Shown here piece by piece: positions 9,418 to 19,285 of a stretch of 32,365 nucleotides of DNA (its first letter is position 1; each line of letters starts with the position of its first letter). Made by a program: the position numbers and the translations under genes. The DNA comes from Aestuariivirga sp. (lineage in GTDB: Bacteria > Pseudomonadota > Alphaproteobacteria > Rhizobiales > Aestuariivirgaceae), in the NCBI GenBank assembly GCA_036510015.1, contig DATCEN010000365.1:1-32365 (forward strand), given 5' to 3'. The notes under the pieces are model-generated. The model saw only the letters and a program-made list of their open reading frames with translations. It searched no databases and was not told where the DNA came from.

Positions 9418-10284
9418 TTATTTAGTCTCGCTCATCAATGAAAAATGAGCACCTTGCGGGTCCTGACCAGAAACGATCCAATCACCAGTGGGCACTTGCA
9501 TTGGGCCATTGGTGATCTTGCCGCCATGTTGGGTAATGCGCTTGGCACCAGCATCAATACCCTCAACAAAGAAATAGAAACCCCAATAATCGCGCGGGAT
9601 AAAACTGGCGCGTTTCATCATGCCGGCATGTTCATGCCGTTTCACCTTCATCACCTGATATTTGCCAAACTCCGGCCCCATATCATGCGTGTCACCTTTG
9701 GCCCAACCAAACATCTTGGCGTAAAATGCAGTCGACTTTGCCAAATCTGAAGTCTGTAATTCATTCCACCCAACGGTTCCAACCGTGCCACGCTTATGCG
9801 GCTTCATACTGCCGTCCATCAGTGGATGGTAGACATTGAACACGGCACCCAATGGCTCAGACACAACGGCCATGCGCAAGATATTTGGAACATCCCATGG
9901 CCCCTTATGCACCGAACCGCCCGCCTTTTTTATCGCCGCGCAATGTTTGTCGACATTCTTAACCATGATATAGCCAAGCCAGAATGGTGGCGTGTCGCTG
10001 GCTTCCGCAGGCTGGGCCATGATGCCGCCGATGCCTTGGCCATCAACCATCAAAACCTCATAGTCTGGCCCTTGTAGCGCGGTTTGCCAGCCCACCACCG
10101 CTTGGTAAAAACGTTTGGCACCGTCCACATCGCGCGTCATCAAATTGTGCCAATTAAAGCCATACTGAACTTTAGCTGGTTTCTTGGTGGCCTTCTTGGT
10201 GGCTTTCTTGATGGCCTTTTTAGCGACTTTCTTTGCCGGCTTTTTGGTGAGTGATTTGGAAGTCTTGCGTATTGGCTTTTTCAT
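9418..10284 (-). CDS. Two-domain VOC family protein with Lys/Ala-rich N-terminal extension
   Basis: FNWHNLMT..FYQAVVGW, GTVGWNELQT..FYAKMFGW, GPMQVPTG..DPQGAHFSL; paralog of 7298-8056. ATG at 10284 follows AAAGGA. Confidence 0.9.
   Translation of the reverse strand: MKKPIRKTSKSLTKKPAKKVAKKAIKKATKKATKKPAKVQYGFNWHNLMTRDVDGAKRFYQAVVGWQTALQGPDYEVLMVDGQGIGGIMAQPAEASDTPPFWLGYIMVKNVDKHCAAIKKAGGSVHKGPWDVPNILRMAVVSEPLGAVFNVYHPLMDGSMKPHKRGTVGTVGWNELQTSDLAKSTAFYAKMFGWAKGDTHDMGPEFGKYQVMKVKRHEHAGMMKRASFIPRDYWGFYFFVEGIDAGAKRITQHGGKITNGPMQVPTGDWIVSGQDPQGAHFSLMSETK
10181..10252 (-). repeat. Six imperfect 12-bp tandem repeats encoding xxKK units
   Basis: + strand: ttcttggtggcc ttcttggtggct ttcttgatggcc tttttagcgact ttctttgccggc tttttggtgagt. 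The encoded stretch reads LTKKPAKKVAKKAIKKATKKATKK. Confidence 0.8.
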
Positions 10285-10435
10285 TTGCTTTCCTTTGCTT
10301 AACTTGAAATCTAAAACCTGCCGACTTAAAGCCCGAAACATTAAATTATGCCAATGCGAGAATACGACGGATTTTTGGCTTAGAAAACGTCTAATAGAGC
10401 CCGGATTAACTTGGACTGGGCATTTGAGGGACTAC

Positions 10436-11665
10436 ATGAACAACGGTATGAAATTGACTTTGACTGTAGCAGTTTTGCTGGGCTTGGGGCTGGCCCAGTG
10501 GAAATACAACCTAATTGGACAAATCCGGAATGATATCCACCCTGAACAAGCCCAAGCCAGCGATGCCAAAACAGCTGTTCCCGCCACGCGGGCTCCGATT
10601 TCACAGCTGGTCAAAATTGCCCTCGTCGGAAAAACCGATTTCCCTTTGATCGAACGCGGCTATGGCACCATGACCTCACCGCAAGTTGTGGCCATTAACG
10701 CGCGCATCACCAGCCAGATCACCAAGGTCAATGTTCAAGATGGCCAAATGGTCAAGGCGGGTGACGTTTTGATTGAGTTGGACGACCGTACTCTGCAAGC
10801 GGTTTTGGCCAAAGATGTAGCAACCTTAGCAAAAGACCAAGCCGTTTTGGACAATAATGATATCCAATTGCAGCGTGCTAAAACTTTGGCCGCTCGCAAC
10901 GCTGGCCCTCAGCAAGATGTGGACAATGCTGTGGCCGCGCATTCCTCGCAGCTGCAAGTCATAGACTCTGACAAAGCGGTTATCGATGCCGATAAGTTGC
11001 AATTGGATTTTGCTAAAATTCGCGCCCCCTTTGATGGCAAACTTGGCGCCATCAGTGCTGTGTTGGGCGCGCTGGTTAGCCCTCCCGGTAATTCAGGTAC
11101 ACAGTCATCGCTGTTAAGCATCACTCAAATGCAGCCCTTGCGCGTTACCTTCCGCTTGGCTGAACAAGTACTGCCGCCTTTGCAGGCAGCCCTCGCCAAA
11201 AATCCTGATGCCGCAACAGTGAAGGTCTATGCCTCTTCATCCAAAGATGAATTGGACGAAGGTAAACTTAACTTCGTTGACAGTTCCGTGGACGTAACCT
11301 CAGGCACCATCGGTCTTGCAGCTAATATTGGTAACGCCAAACTCAATCTCTGGCCTGGCCAACGCGTAACAGTTGATCTGCAATATGGCACCACTCTTGG
11401 CGCAATCACCGTTCCAACCGTTGCTGTGCAGCAAGGCCAAATCGGCTCATACGTTTGGGTGATCGATGATCAAAATGTTGCAAAAGCCACACCTATAAAA
11501 GTCTCGCGTTTTGAAGGCGACTTGGCGGAGGTTAGCGATGGCGTAACCGAAGGCACTAAAGTGGTGGTGGAAGGCCAAGCCAAATTGGCCAATGGCACAC
11601 ACGTTACCATCGGCGGTGCTGAGACAGCCAGCGCTAAACCTGCCGCGAGCGGAACTCAGCCATGA
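10436..11665 (+). CDS. RND efflux periplasmic adaptor (MdtA-like membrane fusion protein)
   Basis: N-terminal anchor, lipoyl half-motifs (VQDGQMVKAGDVLIELD; AKIRAPFDGKLG), LWPGQ, VPTVAVQQG. GAGGG precedes ATG 10436. Confidence 0.9.
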   Translation: MNNGMKLTLTVAVLLGLGLAQWKYNLIGQIRNDIHPEQAQASDAKTAVPATRAPISQLVKIALVGKTDFPLIERGYGTMTSPQVVAINARITSQITKVNVQDGQMVKAGDVLIELDDRTLQAVLAKDVATLAKDQAVLDNNDIQLQRAKTLAARNAGPQQDVDNAVAAHSSQLQVIDSDKAVIDADKLQLDFAKIRAPFDGKLGAISAVLGALVSPPGNSGTQSSLLSITQMQPLRVTFRLAEQVLPPLQAALAKNPDAATVKVYASSSKDELDEGKLNFVDSSVDVTSGTIGLAANIGNAKLNLWPGQRVTVDLQYGTTLGAITVPTVAVQQGQIGSYVWVIDDQNVAKATPIKVSRFEGDLAEVSDGVTEGTKVVVEGQAKLANGTHVTIGGAETASAKPAASGTQP

Positions 11666-14600
11666 ACATCTCAACCTTCTGCATCAATCGTCCTGTCGCC
11701 ACCATCTTGATGTCTGCCGCCATTTTGATCGGCGGATTATTTGCGTGGTCTCTTTTGCCAGTGGCCGCTTTGCCGCGGGCTGAGTTTCCGACAATCAGCG
11801 TTACTGCTGACATGGCGGGTGCCTCTCCTGATATTATGGCGACCTCTGTTGCCACTCCCCTTATCAAACAGTTTTCCACAATTGCGGGTGTTGATGCCAT
11901 CAGCACGACCAGCTCGCTTGGCACCACCAACATCACCATTCAATTCGTGCTAAGCCGATCGATAGATGCCGCCGCCGCAGATGTGCAGGCCGCCATTTCG
12001 CGCGTGTCGCGAAAACTGCCGCAAAACATGACGGAACCACCAAATTTCCGCAAAGTGAACCCAGCTGATGCGCCAGTGCTATTGTTGGCGCTGAAGTCAG
12101 ACGTTGCCTCACTCACTGATTTGAACAACATTGCTGTGAATATTATTTCACCAACCCTCTCCACCGTTGATGGCGTGGCTCAAGTTCTCATTTTCGGCCA
12201 GCAAAATTATGCGGTACGCATTGAGCTGGATCCCGACGCGCTAGCCGCAAAAGGTATTACCGTGGCGCAAATGCAAGCTGCAATTGCGGGTGTCAATCAG
12301 ATCAGTCCCCTCGGAACACTAGATTCCAGCAAGCAACAGCTCACCCTAATTGCTAACACTTCGCTGCAAAACGCGGCGGAATTTGCCAATCAAGTAATCG
12401 CTACACATAATGGCGCAACTGTGCGCTTGAGAGACGTGGCCCGCGTGATTGACTCGGTTGATAACTTCCATTCCGCTGCTTCGTATGATGGCACACGCGC
12501 TATCATTTTGGCCGTTCAACGACAACCTGATGCCAACACCGTTGCTGTGGTTGATAAGGTCAAGGCCGCTTTGCCGCAATTTGCGGCCCAGTTGCCAGGT
12601 TCTGCCACATTGAGTTTACTGAGTGATCGTTCAGCTTCTATACGCTCTTCGGTCCACGATGCACTTTTCACTTTGGGTCTCACCATCTTGTTGGTGATTG
12701 CAATTTGTTATGTGTTCATCCGTTCAGCCCGCGCCACATTAATTCCGGCCATTGCCGTGCCGATTTCCTTGATCGGCACTTTGGGCATTATGTATCTGCT
12801 CAGCTTTTCCATTGATAACATTTCCCTCATGGGCATCACCTTGGCCGTCGGTTTGGTTGTGGATGATGCCATTGTGATGATGGAAAATATTGTACGCCAC
12901 ATGGAAGAAGAACACCGTGGAGCTATGGATGCAGCCATACATGGCGCATCAGAAGTGGGCTTCACCATTATGTCGATTTCCGTTTCGTTGGTTGCGGTTT
13001 TCATTCCGGTGCTGCTCATGGGCGGCGTGATCGGCCGTATCTTTAACGAATTTGCGGTGGTGGTCACCGTTTCCATCATTGTTTCGATGTTCGTCTCACT
13101 CACGCTCACGCCCATGATGTGCTCGCGCATTTTGAGCGAAGATCACACACCGGGCTTTTTGGGCCGCATCTTTGAGACGCTGTTGAATGGTTTAACATCG
13201 GGCTATGATTGGCTGCTCAGCCTCTGCTTGAAATTTCATCCTGTGGTTTTCGTGGTATTTCTCTGCACCATTTTTGCTACCGTGTTCATGTTCCAAACTT
13301 TGCCGAAGGGCTTCTTCCCAACTGAAGATATTGGCCAAGTGCAGGTTGGCACTCAGGCGCGCCAGGACATTTCCTTTGACCAGATGAAAATTTTGCAGGA
13401 TCAGTTGGTCGCTAAACTTCGCCAAATGCCCGCCATCGCGCATGTGGTTGCGGCTGTTGGATCAAATACCGGCTCGATGAATGCGGGTCGCATGTTTGTT
13501 GAGTTGAAGCCCAAAACCGAACGCGGCAACTTACAGAAAGTGCTTGGTGATATGCGCAAGGTTCTTAACAGCATTCCTGGCATCACGGGAACGGCAAATC
13601 CGACGCAGAACCTGTCGCTCGGTGCCAGACCTGGTGCAGCACTCAATCAAATCGTCGTACAATCACTCAGCTTTGATGACATGTATGCTTGGGCGCAAAA
13701 ACTGGCCGATGCGATGGATAAAGACCGGGCCTTCTTCGCTGATGTGAACACTGATGCGCAGATCAGTGCACAACAGGCAATCGTGAAAATAGACCGTGAC
13801 AAGATGCAAGCGTTGGGTGTTGGCGTTGATACGTTGCGCAACACGCTTTACGGCGGCTTAGGTGGCGAACAAGTGGCCACCATTTATCAAGACGGTAACA
13901 ACTATCAAGTGATCGCTGAACTCGATCCTAAAGTGGATTGGACACCCGAACGGTTGAAGAACTTCCAAGTAGCCACCGAAACCGGCGCGTCTGTGCCACT
14001 GGCTTCTTTTGCCACCATCACGCGCGGTGTGGGTGCACTGACAGTGAACCAACTTGGCCAGTTGCCCGCTGTAAGTGTTTCTTTCAACTCACCACAAGGT
14101 GTGGCCCTTGGTGCCAGCGTTGATGAAATCAAAAAACTCAAAACACAATTGGGCTGGCCACCAAACGTTTCATCCAGCTTTTACGGCAACACCAAAACCT
14201 TCCAAGATTCAACCGCAGGCCAAGGCTTGCTGATCTTGGGTGCCATTCTCACCATCTATATTGTGTTGGGCATTCTCTATGAAAGCTTCATCCATCCGCT
14301 CACCATTCTATCGGGCCTTCCGGCCGCTGCGGCGGGTGCATTGGGTTCGCTTTGGCTTTTTAATTTTGATCTTTCCATTATCGCCGTAATTGGCTTGCTG
14401 ATGCTGATTGGCATCGTCAAGAAAAATGCCATCATGATGATTGACGTGGCCATCACCTTGCGGCGACAAGGCATGACTGCACGAGATGCTATCCACAAAG
14501 CCTGTCTCATGCGTTTCCGCCCGATTATGATGACAACCTTGGCTGCCTTGATGGCTGCTTTGCCAATTGCAATTGGAACAGGTGCCAGCGCTGAATTGCG

Positions 14601-14769
14601 TCAGCCCTTAGGCGTGGCGGTGGCGGGCGGGCTCATCGTATCACAAGCCCTCACACTGTTCATCACGCCTGTGCTTTATATGTATATGGAAGGCTTTTCC
14701 AACTGGCTGACACGCAATAGAGCACCGGCAGCCGCCAAAGCCGCACATGTGATGCAACCTGCAGAGTGA
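11662..14769 (+). CDS. RND efflux permease (MdtB/MdtC-like)
   Basis: RPVAT N-terminus, KVNPADAP, GLVVDDAIVMMEN, GIVKKNAIMM, RFRPIMMTT; ATGA overlap with the adaptor gene. Confidence 0.95.
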   Translation: MNISTFCINRPVATILMSAAILIGGLFAWSLLPVAALPRAEFPTISVTADMAGASPDIMATSVATPLIKQFSTIAGVDAISTTSSLGTTNITIQFVLSRSIDAAAADVQAAISRVSRKLPQNMTEPPNFRKVNPADAPVLLLALKSDVASLTDLNNIAVNIISPTLSTVDGVAQVLIFGQQNYAVRIELDPDALAAKGITVAQMQAAIAGVNQISPLGTLDSSKQQLTLIANTSLQNAAEFANQVIATHNGATVRLRDVARVIDSVDNFHSAASYDGTRAIILAVQRQPDANTVAVVDKVKAALPQFAAQLPGSATLSLLSDRSASIRSSVHDALFTLGLTILLVIAICYVFIRSARATLIPAIAVPISLIGTLGIMYLLSFSIDNISLMGITLAVGLVVDDAIVMMENIVRHMEEEHRGAMDAAIHGASEVGFTIMSISVSLVAVFIPVLLMGGVIGRIFNEFAVVVTVSIIVSMFVSLTLTPMMCSRILSEDHTPGFLGRIFETLLNGLTSGYDWLLSLCLKFHPVVFVVFLCTIFATVFMFQTLPKGFFPTEDIGQVQVGTQARQDISFDQMKILQDQLVAKLRQMPAIAHVVAAVGSNTGSMNAGRMFVELKPKTERGNLQKVLGDMRKVLNSIPGITGTANPTQNLSLGARPGAALNQIVVQSLSFDDMYAWAQKLADAMDKDRAFFADVNTDAQISAQQAIVKIDRDKMQALGVGVDTLRNTLYGGLGGEQVATIYQDGNNYQVIAELDPKVDWTPERLKNFQVATETGASVPLASFATITRGVGALTVNQLGQLPAVSVSFNSPQGVALGASVDEIKKLKTQLGWPPNVSSSFYGNTKTFQDSTAGQGLLILGAILTIYIVLGILYESFIHPLTILSGLPAAAAGALGSLWLFNFDLSIIAVIGLLMLIGIVKKNAIMMIDVAITLRRQGMTARDAIHKACLMRFRPIMMTTLAALMAALPIAIGTGASAELRQPLGVAVAGGLIVSQALTLFITPVLYMYMEGFSNWLTRNRAPAAAKAAHVMQPAE

Positions 14770-14783
14770 GTTGACGCTTCAGA

Positions 14784-15989
14784 TCAATGCCCAGTCAATT
14801 TCGCGATGAATTCCGGCGTGGGATAGCTATCCGCAGGCCAGCCTAGTTTCATTTGCTCTTTCTTTACCGCTGAGCGCGTGCCCGAACCGATCTTACCATC
14901 GGCCTTGCCCACATCATAACCCTTCGATGTTAGGAACTGCTGCAAGGCCACAACTTGCTCATAGCTTGGCACATTCACTGCCGCACGCCCTGGTGATACT
15001 GGTGCAGCGCCAGCAATGCGCGTGGCAAGATAAGCTGCCGTGGTTGAATAAATCAGGCTCTCATTCCATTTGAGATAGGCCGTGGTGAAATTGTGATAAG
15101 CCAAAAAGGCCGGGCCATCCTTGCCCATTGGTAACAGCAATGCGGCTGGCATTGCATCTGCTTTAAGGGAGCCACCATCCACACCCGTGATGCCCCATGC
15201 GGCCCATTCTTTGCGCGAATGATTGATTGCCAAATCGGCTTGGTCCCACGGCAAATCCTTGGTCACTTTAACTTCTTGCAGCCAAGGCTGGCCAGCCGCC
15301 CATCCACTTTTCTTCAAGAGATTGGCGGTGGAGGCCACAACATCAGGCACGGAATCGCGCAAATTGACTTTGCCATTGCCCTCAAAATCCACACCCGAAG
15401 TGTCATAATCATAAGCCATGAATTGCGTTTGGCCGATTTCACCAGCCCAAGCGCCACGCATTTGTTCAGGCGTCAACCACCCTTTTTGAATGAGATGCAA
15501 AGCTGGAATAATCTGCGGGCGGAACTTTTCTGGGCGGCGGCAATCCCAAGCGAGTGTAACGAGCGACTGAATGGTGGGCGAATTTCCTAACACTGAACCA
15601 AAATCAGTTTCTAATGCCCAGAAGGCGGCAATCACTGGCGCTGGCACACCATATTGTTGTTGCACGGCATCGAATGTGGCTTGGTTTTTGGCAATCAAGG
15701 CCCGCGCTTTAACCACGCGCGCTTCGGTTGCCATGCGCGATGAAAATTGCAAAAAGCTCTGCGCGAAAACATTCTGCGCGCGGTCGCGCTTGATAATGCC
15801 GGCATCATATTGCACGCTGTCGAGCTGGGCCAAAGCCAGGCCAGAAATGCCCGCCGCCGCCGCCTGTTTTTTGACTTGCGCCAAAAAGCCGTCAAAGCCT
15901 TCGGCACTGTTGCCACAACTGGCAGCGAGGGCAGAAGTTGAGGCAGCACAGAACACTGCAAAGGCAAAGGCGGAGCCGCGTAAAGTCAT
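14784..15989 (-). CDS. Lytic murein transglycosylase (MltB/SLT_2 family) with C-terminal peptidoglycan-binding domain
   Basis: Signal peptide, catalytic AFWALETDFG, GAWAGEIGQTQF, DFEGNGKVNL, C-terminal LQQFL..KGYDVGKADGKIGSGTR. GGGAG precedes ATG 15989. Confidence 0.92.
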   Translation of the reverse strand: MTLRGSAFAFAVFCAASTSALAASCGNSAEGFDGFLAQVKKQAAAAGISGLALAQLDSVQYDAGIIKRDRAQNVFAQSFLQFSSRMATEARVVKARALIAKNQATFDAVQQQYGVPAPVIAAFWALETDFGSVLGNSPTIQSLVTLAWDCRRPEKFRPQIIPALHLIQKGWLTPEQMRGAWAGEIGQTQFMAYDYDTSGVDFEGNGKVNLRDSVPDVVASTANLLKKSGWAAGQPWLQEVKVTKDLPWDQADLAINHSRKEWAAWGITGVDGGSLKADAMPAALLLPMGKDGPAFLAYHNFTTAYLKWNESLIYSTTAAYLATRIAGAAPVSPGRAAVNVPSYEQVVALQQFLTSKGYDVGKADGKIGSGTRSAVKKEQMKLGWPADSYPTPEFIAKLTGH

Positions 15990-16066
15990 TAAATTCTCCC
16001 GAATCAAAATTCGCCAATCAAATAGTTTATGGAACTTACCATCAAATAGAGCAGTGCCCCAATTGG

Positions 16067-17347
16067 TCAAGGCTGATGGTGATGTTTGGGCGCCTGTAGG
16101 AATTCACGGGGGCCAAGCACAAAGGCTAAAACCACTCCCGCAAGAATGCCCGTGGTGAGATCCACAAATATCGTCAAAAGGAATGTGGCCAAAAGAACCA
16201 ACGCTGATGCTTTGCGCTCACGCAGCAAGTGCCAAAAACCCACCTTATCGGCCATATTCCAGCAGACAACTGCAAGTATGGCTGCCAATGCCGCTAGGGG
16301 AATGTATCCAAGCAAAGGTGCCGCGACCAGCATAAATAACAGCAGAAATACGGCATGCAGCATCCCGGCAAGTGGGCTCTTACCACCCGCTTTGATATTC
16401 GTGGCGGTACGCGCAATTGTGCCGGTGACCACAATGCCACCAAATAACGGCGAAGCGATATTGGCCAAGCCTTGCGCGATCAGTTCTGTGTTAGAACGAT
16501 GCAATCGCCCACTCATACTGTCGGCCACCATGGCCGAAAGAAGTGATTCAATGCCCCCCAAAAGCGCCAGTGAAAACGCCGACGGCAAGAGTTCCATAAA
16601 ACGCGACCCGCTCACCTCTGGCATATGCGGCATTGGCAATGCCGAGGGTATAGCGTGAAAGCGCGTGGCGATGGTTTCAGCAGCCCCCGGCACTAACAGC
16701 GCTGCCAAAGAAGCCACCACCACAGCAATCAACAATCCTGGCCACGTTGGCCGCAGCTTTTTCAACACCGCAATCAGGGCAATACTGCCCGCCGCAATGG
16801 CAAGCGCCATCGGATGCAATGTGCCTGCTGCGGTCCAAAGTGCCGCCAACTTTGGTAGAAGGGCCGAAGGCTCAGCCGTTAAAGTTAAGCCAAAAAGCTC
16901 CTTAATCTGGCCAGCAGAAATGATGATGGCAATGCCCGCCGTAAAGCCAACTGTCACCGCATGTGGAACATAACGAATAAATCGCCCAAGACCTGACGCA
17001 CCGACGGCGATCATAATCACGCCTGCCATCATCGTAGCTAAAAGCAAACCATCAAGCCCCTTTGTGTCAACGATTGAGGCCACAAGCACGATGAAAGCCC
17101 CGGCGGGGCCGCCGATCTGAAAGCGGCTTCCTCCCAACGCTGAAACCAGAAAGCCGCCGATGATAGATGTGTAGAGCCCACGCTCTGGTGAAACATGTGA
17201 GCCAATAGCAATCGCCATCGAAAGCGGAAGTGCCACTATTGCAACGGTTAAAGCAGCGACTATATCGGCGCGCAATTCGTTTCGGCCATAGCCGTCGCGC
17301 CATGCTGTTAGTACCTTCGGGTGAAAGCCAGTTTGTAGACGGGGCAT
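16067..17347 (-). CDS. SulP/SLC26 family anion transporter without a STAS domain
   Basis: VAIVALPLSMAIAI, GGSRFQIGGPAGAF, GIESLLSAMVAD, TGTIARTATNIKAG. The ORF ends right after the last TM helix. Confidence 0.92.
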   Translation of the reverse strand: MPRLQTGFHPKVLTAWRDGYGRNELRADIVAALTVAIVALPLSMAIAIGSHVSPERGLYTSIIGGFLVSALGGSRFQIGGPAGAFIVLVASIVDTKGLDGLLLATMMAGVIMIAVGASGLGRFIRYVPHAVTVGFTAGIAIIISAGQIKELFGLTLTAEPSALLPKLAALWTAAGTLHPMALAIAAGSIALIAVLKKLRPTWPGLLIAVVVASLAALLVPGAAETIATRFHAIPSALPMPHMPEVSGSRFMELLPSAFSLALLGGIESLLSAMVADSMSGRLHRSNTELIAQGLANIASPLFGGIVVTGTIARTATNIKAGGKSPLAGMLHAVFLLLFMLVAAPLLGYIPLAALAAILAVVCWNMADKVGFWHLLRERKASALVLLATFLLTIFVDLTTGILAGVVLAFVLGPREFLQAPKHHHQP

Positions 17348-17468
17348 TGCGAAGTCACTTTCTACGCGTCAACTGACAGCAGATTTACTTTAATCTTCCC
17401 GCCAAAAAGACCGTGAGTCCGCAGCTTACCACGGGCCCTTGCCTTAAGTGCAAGAATATACTTGCAAA

Positions 17469-18161
17469 TTATATACAATGACTACTGAGCTCACGCACCA
17501 AATACTTCACCCGCTCATCCTTGGTCGCAGCTTTCCTTGCTGCTAAAACTGCACAAGATTTCAAAATCAACCCGTCATCCAAAATTTTAAGATGATTGGC
17601 GCGAAGCGTTGAACCGCTGGTGGTGATATCCACAATCAGCTCCGCACTGCCCGCAGCGGGCGCACCTTCTGTGGCACCTAAGCTTTCGACAATACGATAG
17701 CCTGTCACGCCCTTGGCAGCAAAGAACCTGCGCGTGAGATTGAAATATTTAGTTGCCACGCGAAGCCTTCGTCCGTGTACGGAATAAAATTGCCGCGCCA
17801 CGTCATCGAGATCTGCCATCTGGGCAACATCTGCCCAGAAGTCCGGCACGCCGACCACAACATCCGCTGGGCCAAAGTTCAATCGCAAAACCACATCAGC
17901 CACTTTATCGTCCGGCGCTATGGTCTCGCGCAGCAAATCTTCGCCAGTGATACCAAGATCAACAGCACCAGATTTAAGCCCGCTGGCAATATCTTGGGCT
18001 GAGAGAAACGCAACCTCAATATCATCTAATCCTATCAAGCGGCCACGGTAGCCGCGCTCCGAACCAATGCGCTCAATGCTATAGCCAGCTTTTACCAAAA
18101 GCTCTTGGGCCTGTTCCATCAGGCGGCCTTTGGACGGAATGCCAAGGATTAGCTTTTTCAT
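17469..18161 (-). CDS. hisG: ATP phosphoribosyltransferase catalytic subunit (short form)
   Basis: IPSKGRL, DLGITGEDL, RVATKY, SLGATEGAPAAG.AELIVDITTSGSTLRANHL. Confidence 0.96.
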   Translation of the reverse strand: MKKLILGIPSKGRLMEQAQELLVKAGYSIERIGSERGYRGRLIGLDDIEVAFLSAQDIASGLKSGAVDLGITGEDLLRETIAPDDKVADVVLRLNFGPADVVVGVPDFWADVAQMADLDDVARQFYSVHGRRLRVATKYFNLTRRFFAAKGVTGYRIVESLGATEGAPAAGSAELIVDITTSGSTLRANHLKILDDGLILKSCAVLAARKAATKDERVKYLVRELSSHCI

Positions 18162-19285
18162 TTCAGCACCGCCTGCAGGCGCTCAGCATGAATGGCAAAG
18201 CCAAAAGCTGGAATGCGCTCACTTGCACCTAAATCGGATAGCATGTTGTCATAACGCCCGCCGCCCGCCACTACCACGCCGCTCACTTCGAGTTGAAACA
18301 CAAAGCCGGTGTAATATTCAATCTCACGGCCGAAGCTTGCCGAAAAACGCATGGCGTTGACATCAAGCCCTTGCTTATTAAAGGCAGCAAGCCTTTTGGC
18401 GAAGGATGAGGCAGCGGCCTGATAATTTTTACCCGCGTCAACTGCGTTGAGTTTGGTGGACGCCGCAACCGCGTTGCCTGACAGCTTCAAATGCCGCTCA
18501 ATCAACGCAACACTGGCAGGAGATAATGGCGCTTCCGAACGATCGGCCAATTTTTCTTGCAATCGTTCATAAACTTCTTCCACACTGCGGCTGCCTTGCT
18601 GTGGCAATTGATTTTGCGTCATCCACTTGGAGGCAAAATCTTCGCTCGCGTCAGTTGTCATTGCATCAACCGCAGCAGAAACACTGGTGCGCTTTTTGAC
18701 TTGGCCGCCAGCAAAAGAGTTCAGCAAATCGCTGAACGCCAGAGGTCGCCAAAACTGATGCCGCAAACGCCTGCGCCAACGCGTTGGCATGGGCACATCT
18801 CCCAGCAAACCTGCAAACAAGCCCACATCACCAATGGTGATTTTCGGCGTTGACGCACCTGCGGCCTGTACTGCGGCCACGGCCAGCTTTAACATTCGCG
18901 CTTCAACGCCGATGGAATCTTTCGCGCCAAACCATTCGAGGCCAACTTGCGTAAATTCTTGCGGGGAAAACCTTTCATCAGGGAAACGAAAGGCGGTGCC
19001 CGAATAAGAATAGCGCGCCTCTTTACTGAGTTTCTTGGCGTGGCTTAAATGAAAGCGACAGGCAGGAACTGTGAGATCGGGCCGCAGGCAAAGCTCTTGG
19101 CCCTCAGGATCATTAAACACAAAAGTTCTTGAGCGAATATCCTCGCCGGATAGTTCAAGAAAAATATCGGCAGGCTGAATAATATCGGGCGCAATCTGTT
19201 CAAATCCGGCACGCTTGAACACAGCCATGATGGCAGCATTTTGCTTTTCCAGTGATGCGCGTTGTTGTGATGTGCGACCAGCCAT
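18158..19285 (-). CDS. hisZ: ATP phosphoribosyltransferase regulatory subunit
   Basis: SGEDIR, LCLRPDLTVP, EFTQVGLE, FGREIEYYTGFVF, GGGRYD; lies between hisS and hisG. Confidence 0.94.
   Translation of the reverse strand: MAGRTSQQRASLEKQNAAIMAVFKRAGFEQIAPDIIQPADIFLELSGEDIRSRTFVFNDPEGQELCLRPDLTVPACRFHLSHAKKLSKEARYSYSGTAFRFPDERFSPQEFTQVGLEWFGAKDSIGVEARMLKLAVAAVQAAGASTPKITIGDVGLFAGLLGDVPMPTRWRRRLRHQFWRPLAFSDLLNSFAGGQVKKRTSVSAAVDAMTTDASEDFASKWMTQNQLPQQGSRSVEEVYERLQEKLADRSEAPLSPASVALIERHLKLSGNAVAASTKLNAVDAGKNYQAAASSFAKRLAAFNKQGLDVNAMRFSASFGREIEYYTGFVFQLEVSGVVVAGGGRYDNMLSDLGASERIPAFGFAIHAERLQAVLK

Noticed and set aside
10184-10435. 84-aa N-terminal extension of the RND adaptor ORF, including hydrophobic-looking VAFLVAFLMAFL
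   Set aside because: It is the antisense reading of the Lys-rich VOC repeat. The better start is ATG 10436 with an SD.
10436-14769. RND pair lacking an outer-membrane factor, or acting as exporter of the giant protein
   Set aside because: Using a distal TolC is common in Alphaproteobacteria. It is an MdtBC-type small-molecule pump about 9 kb away on the other strand.
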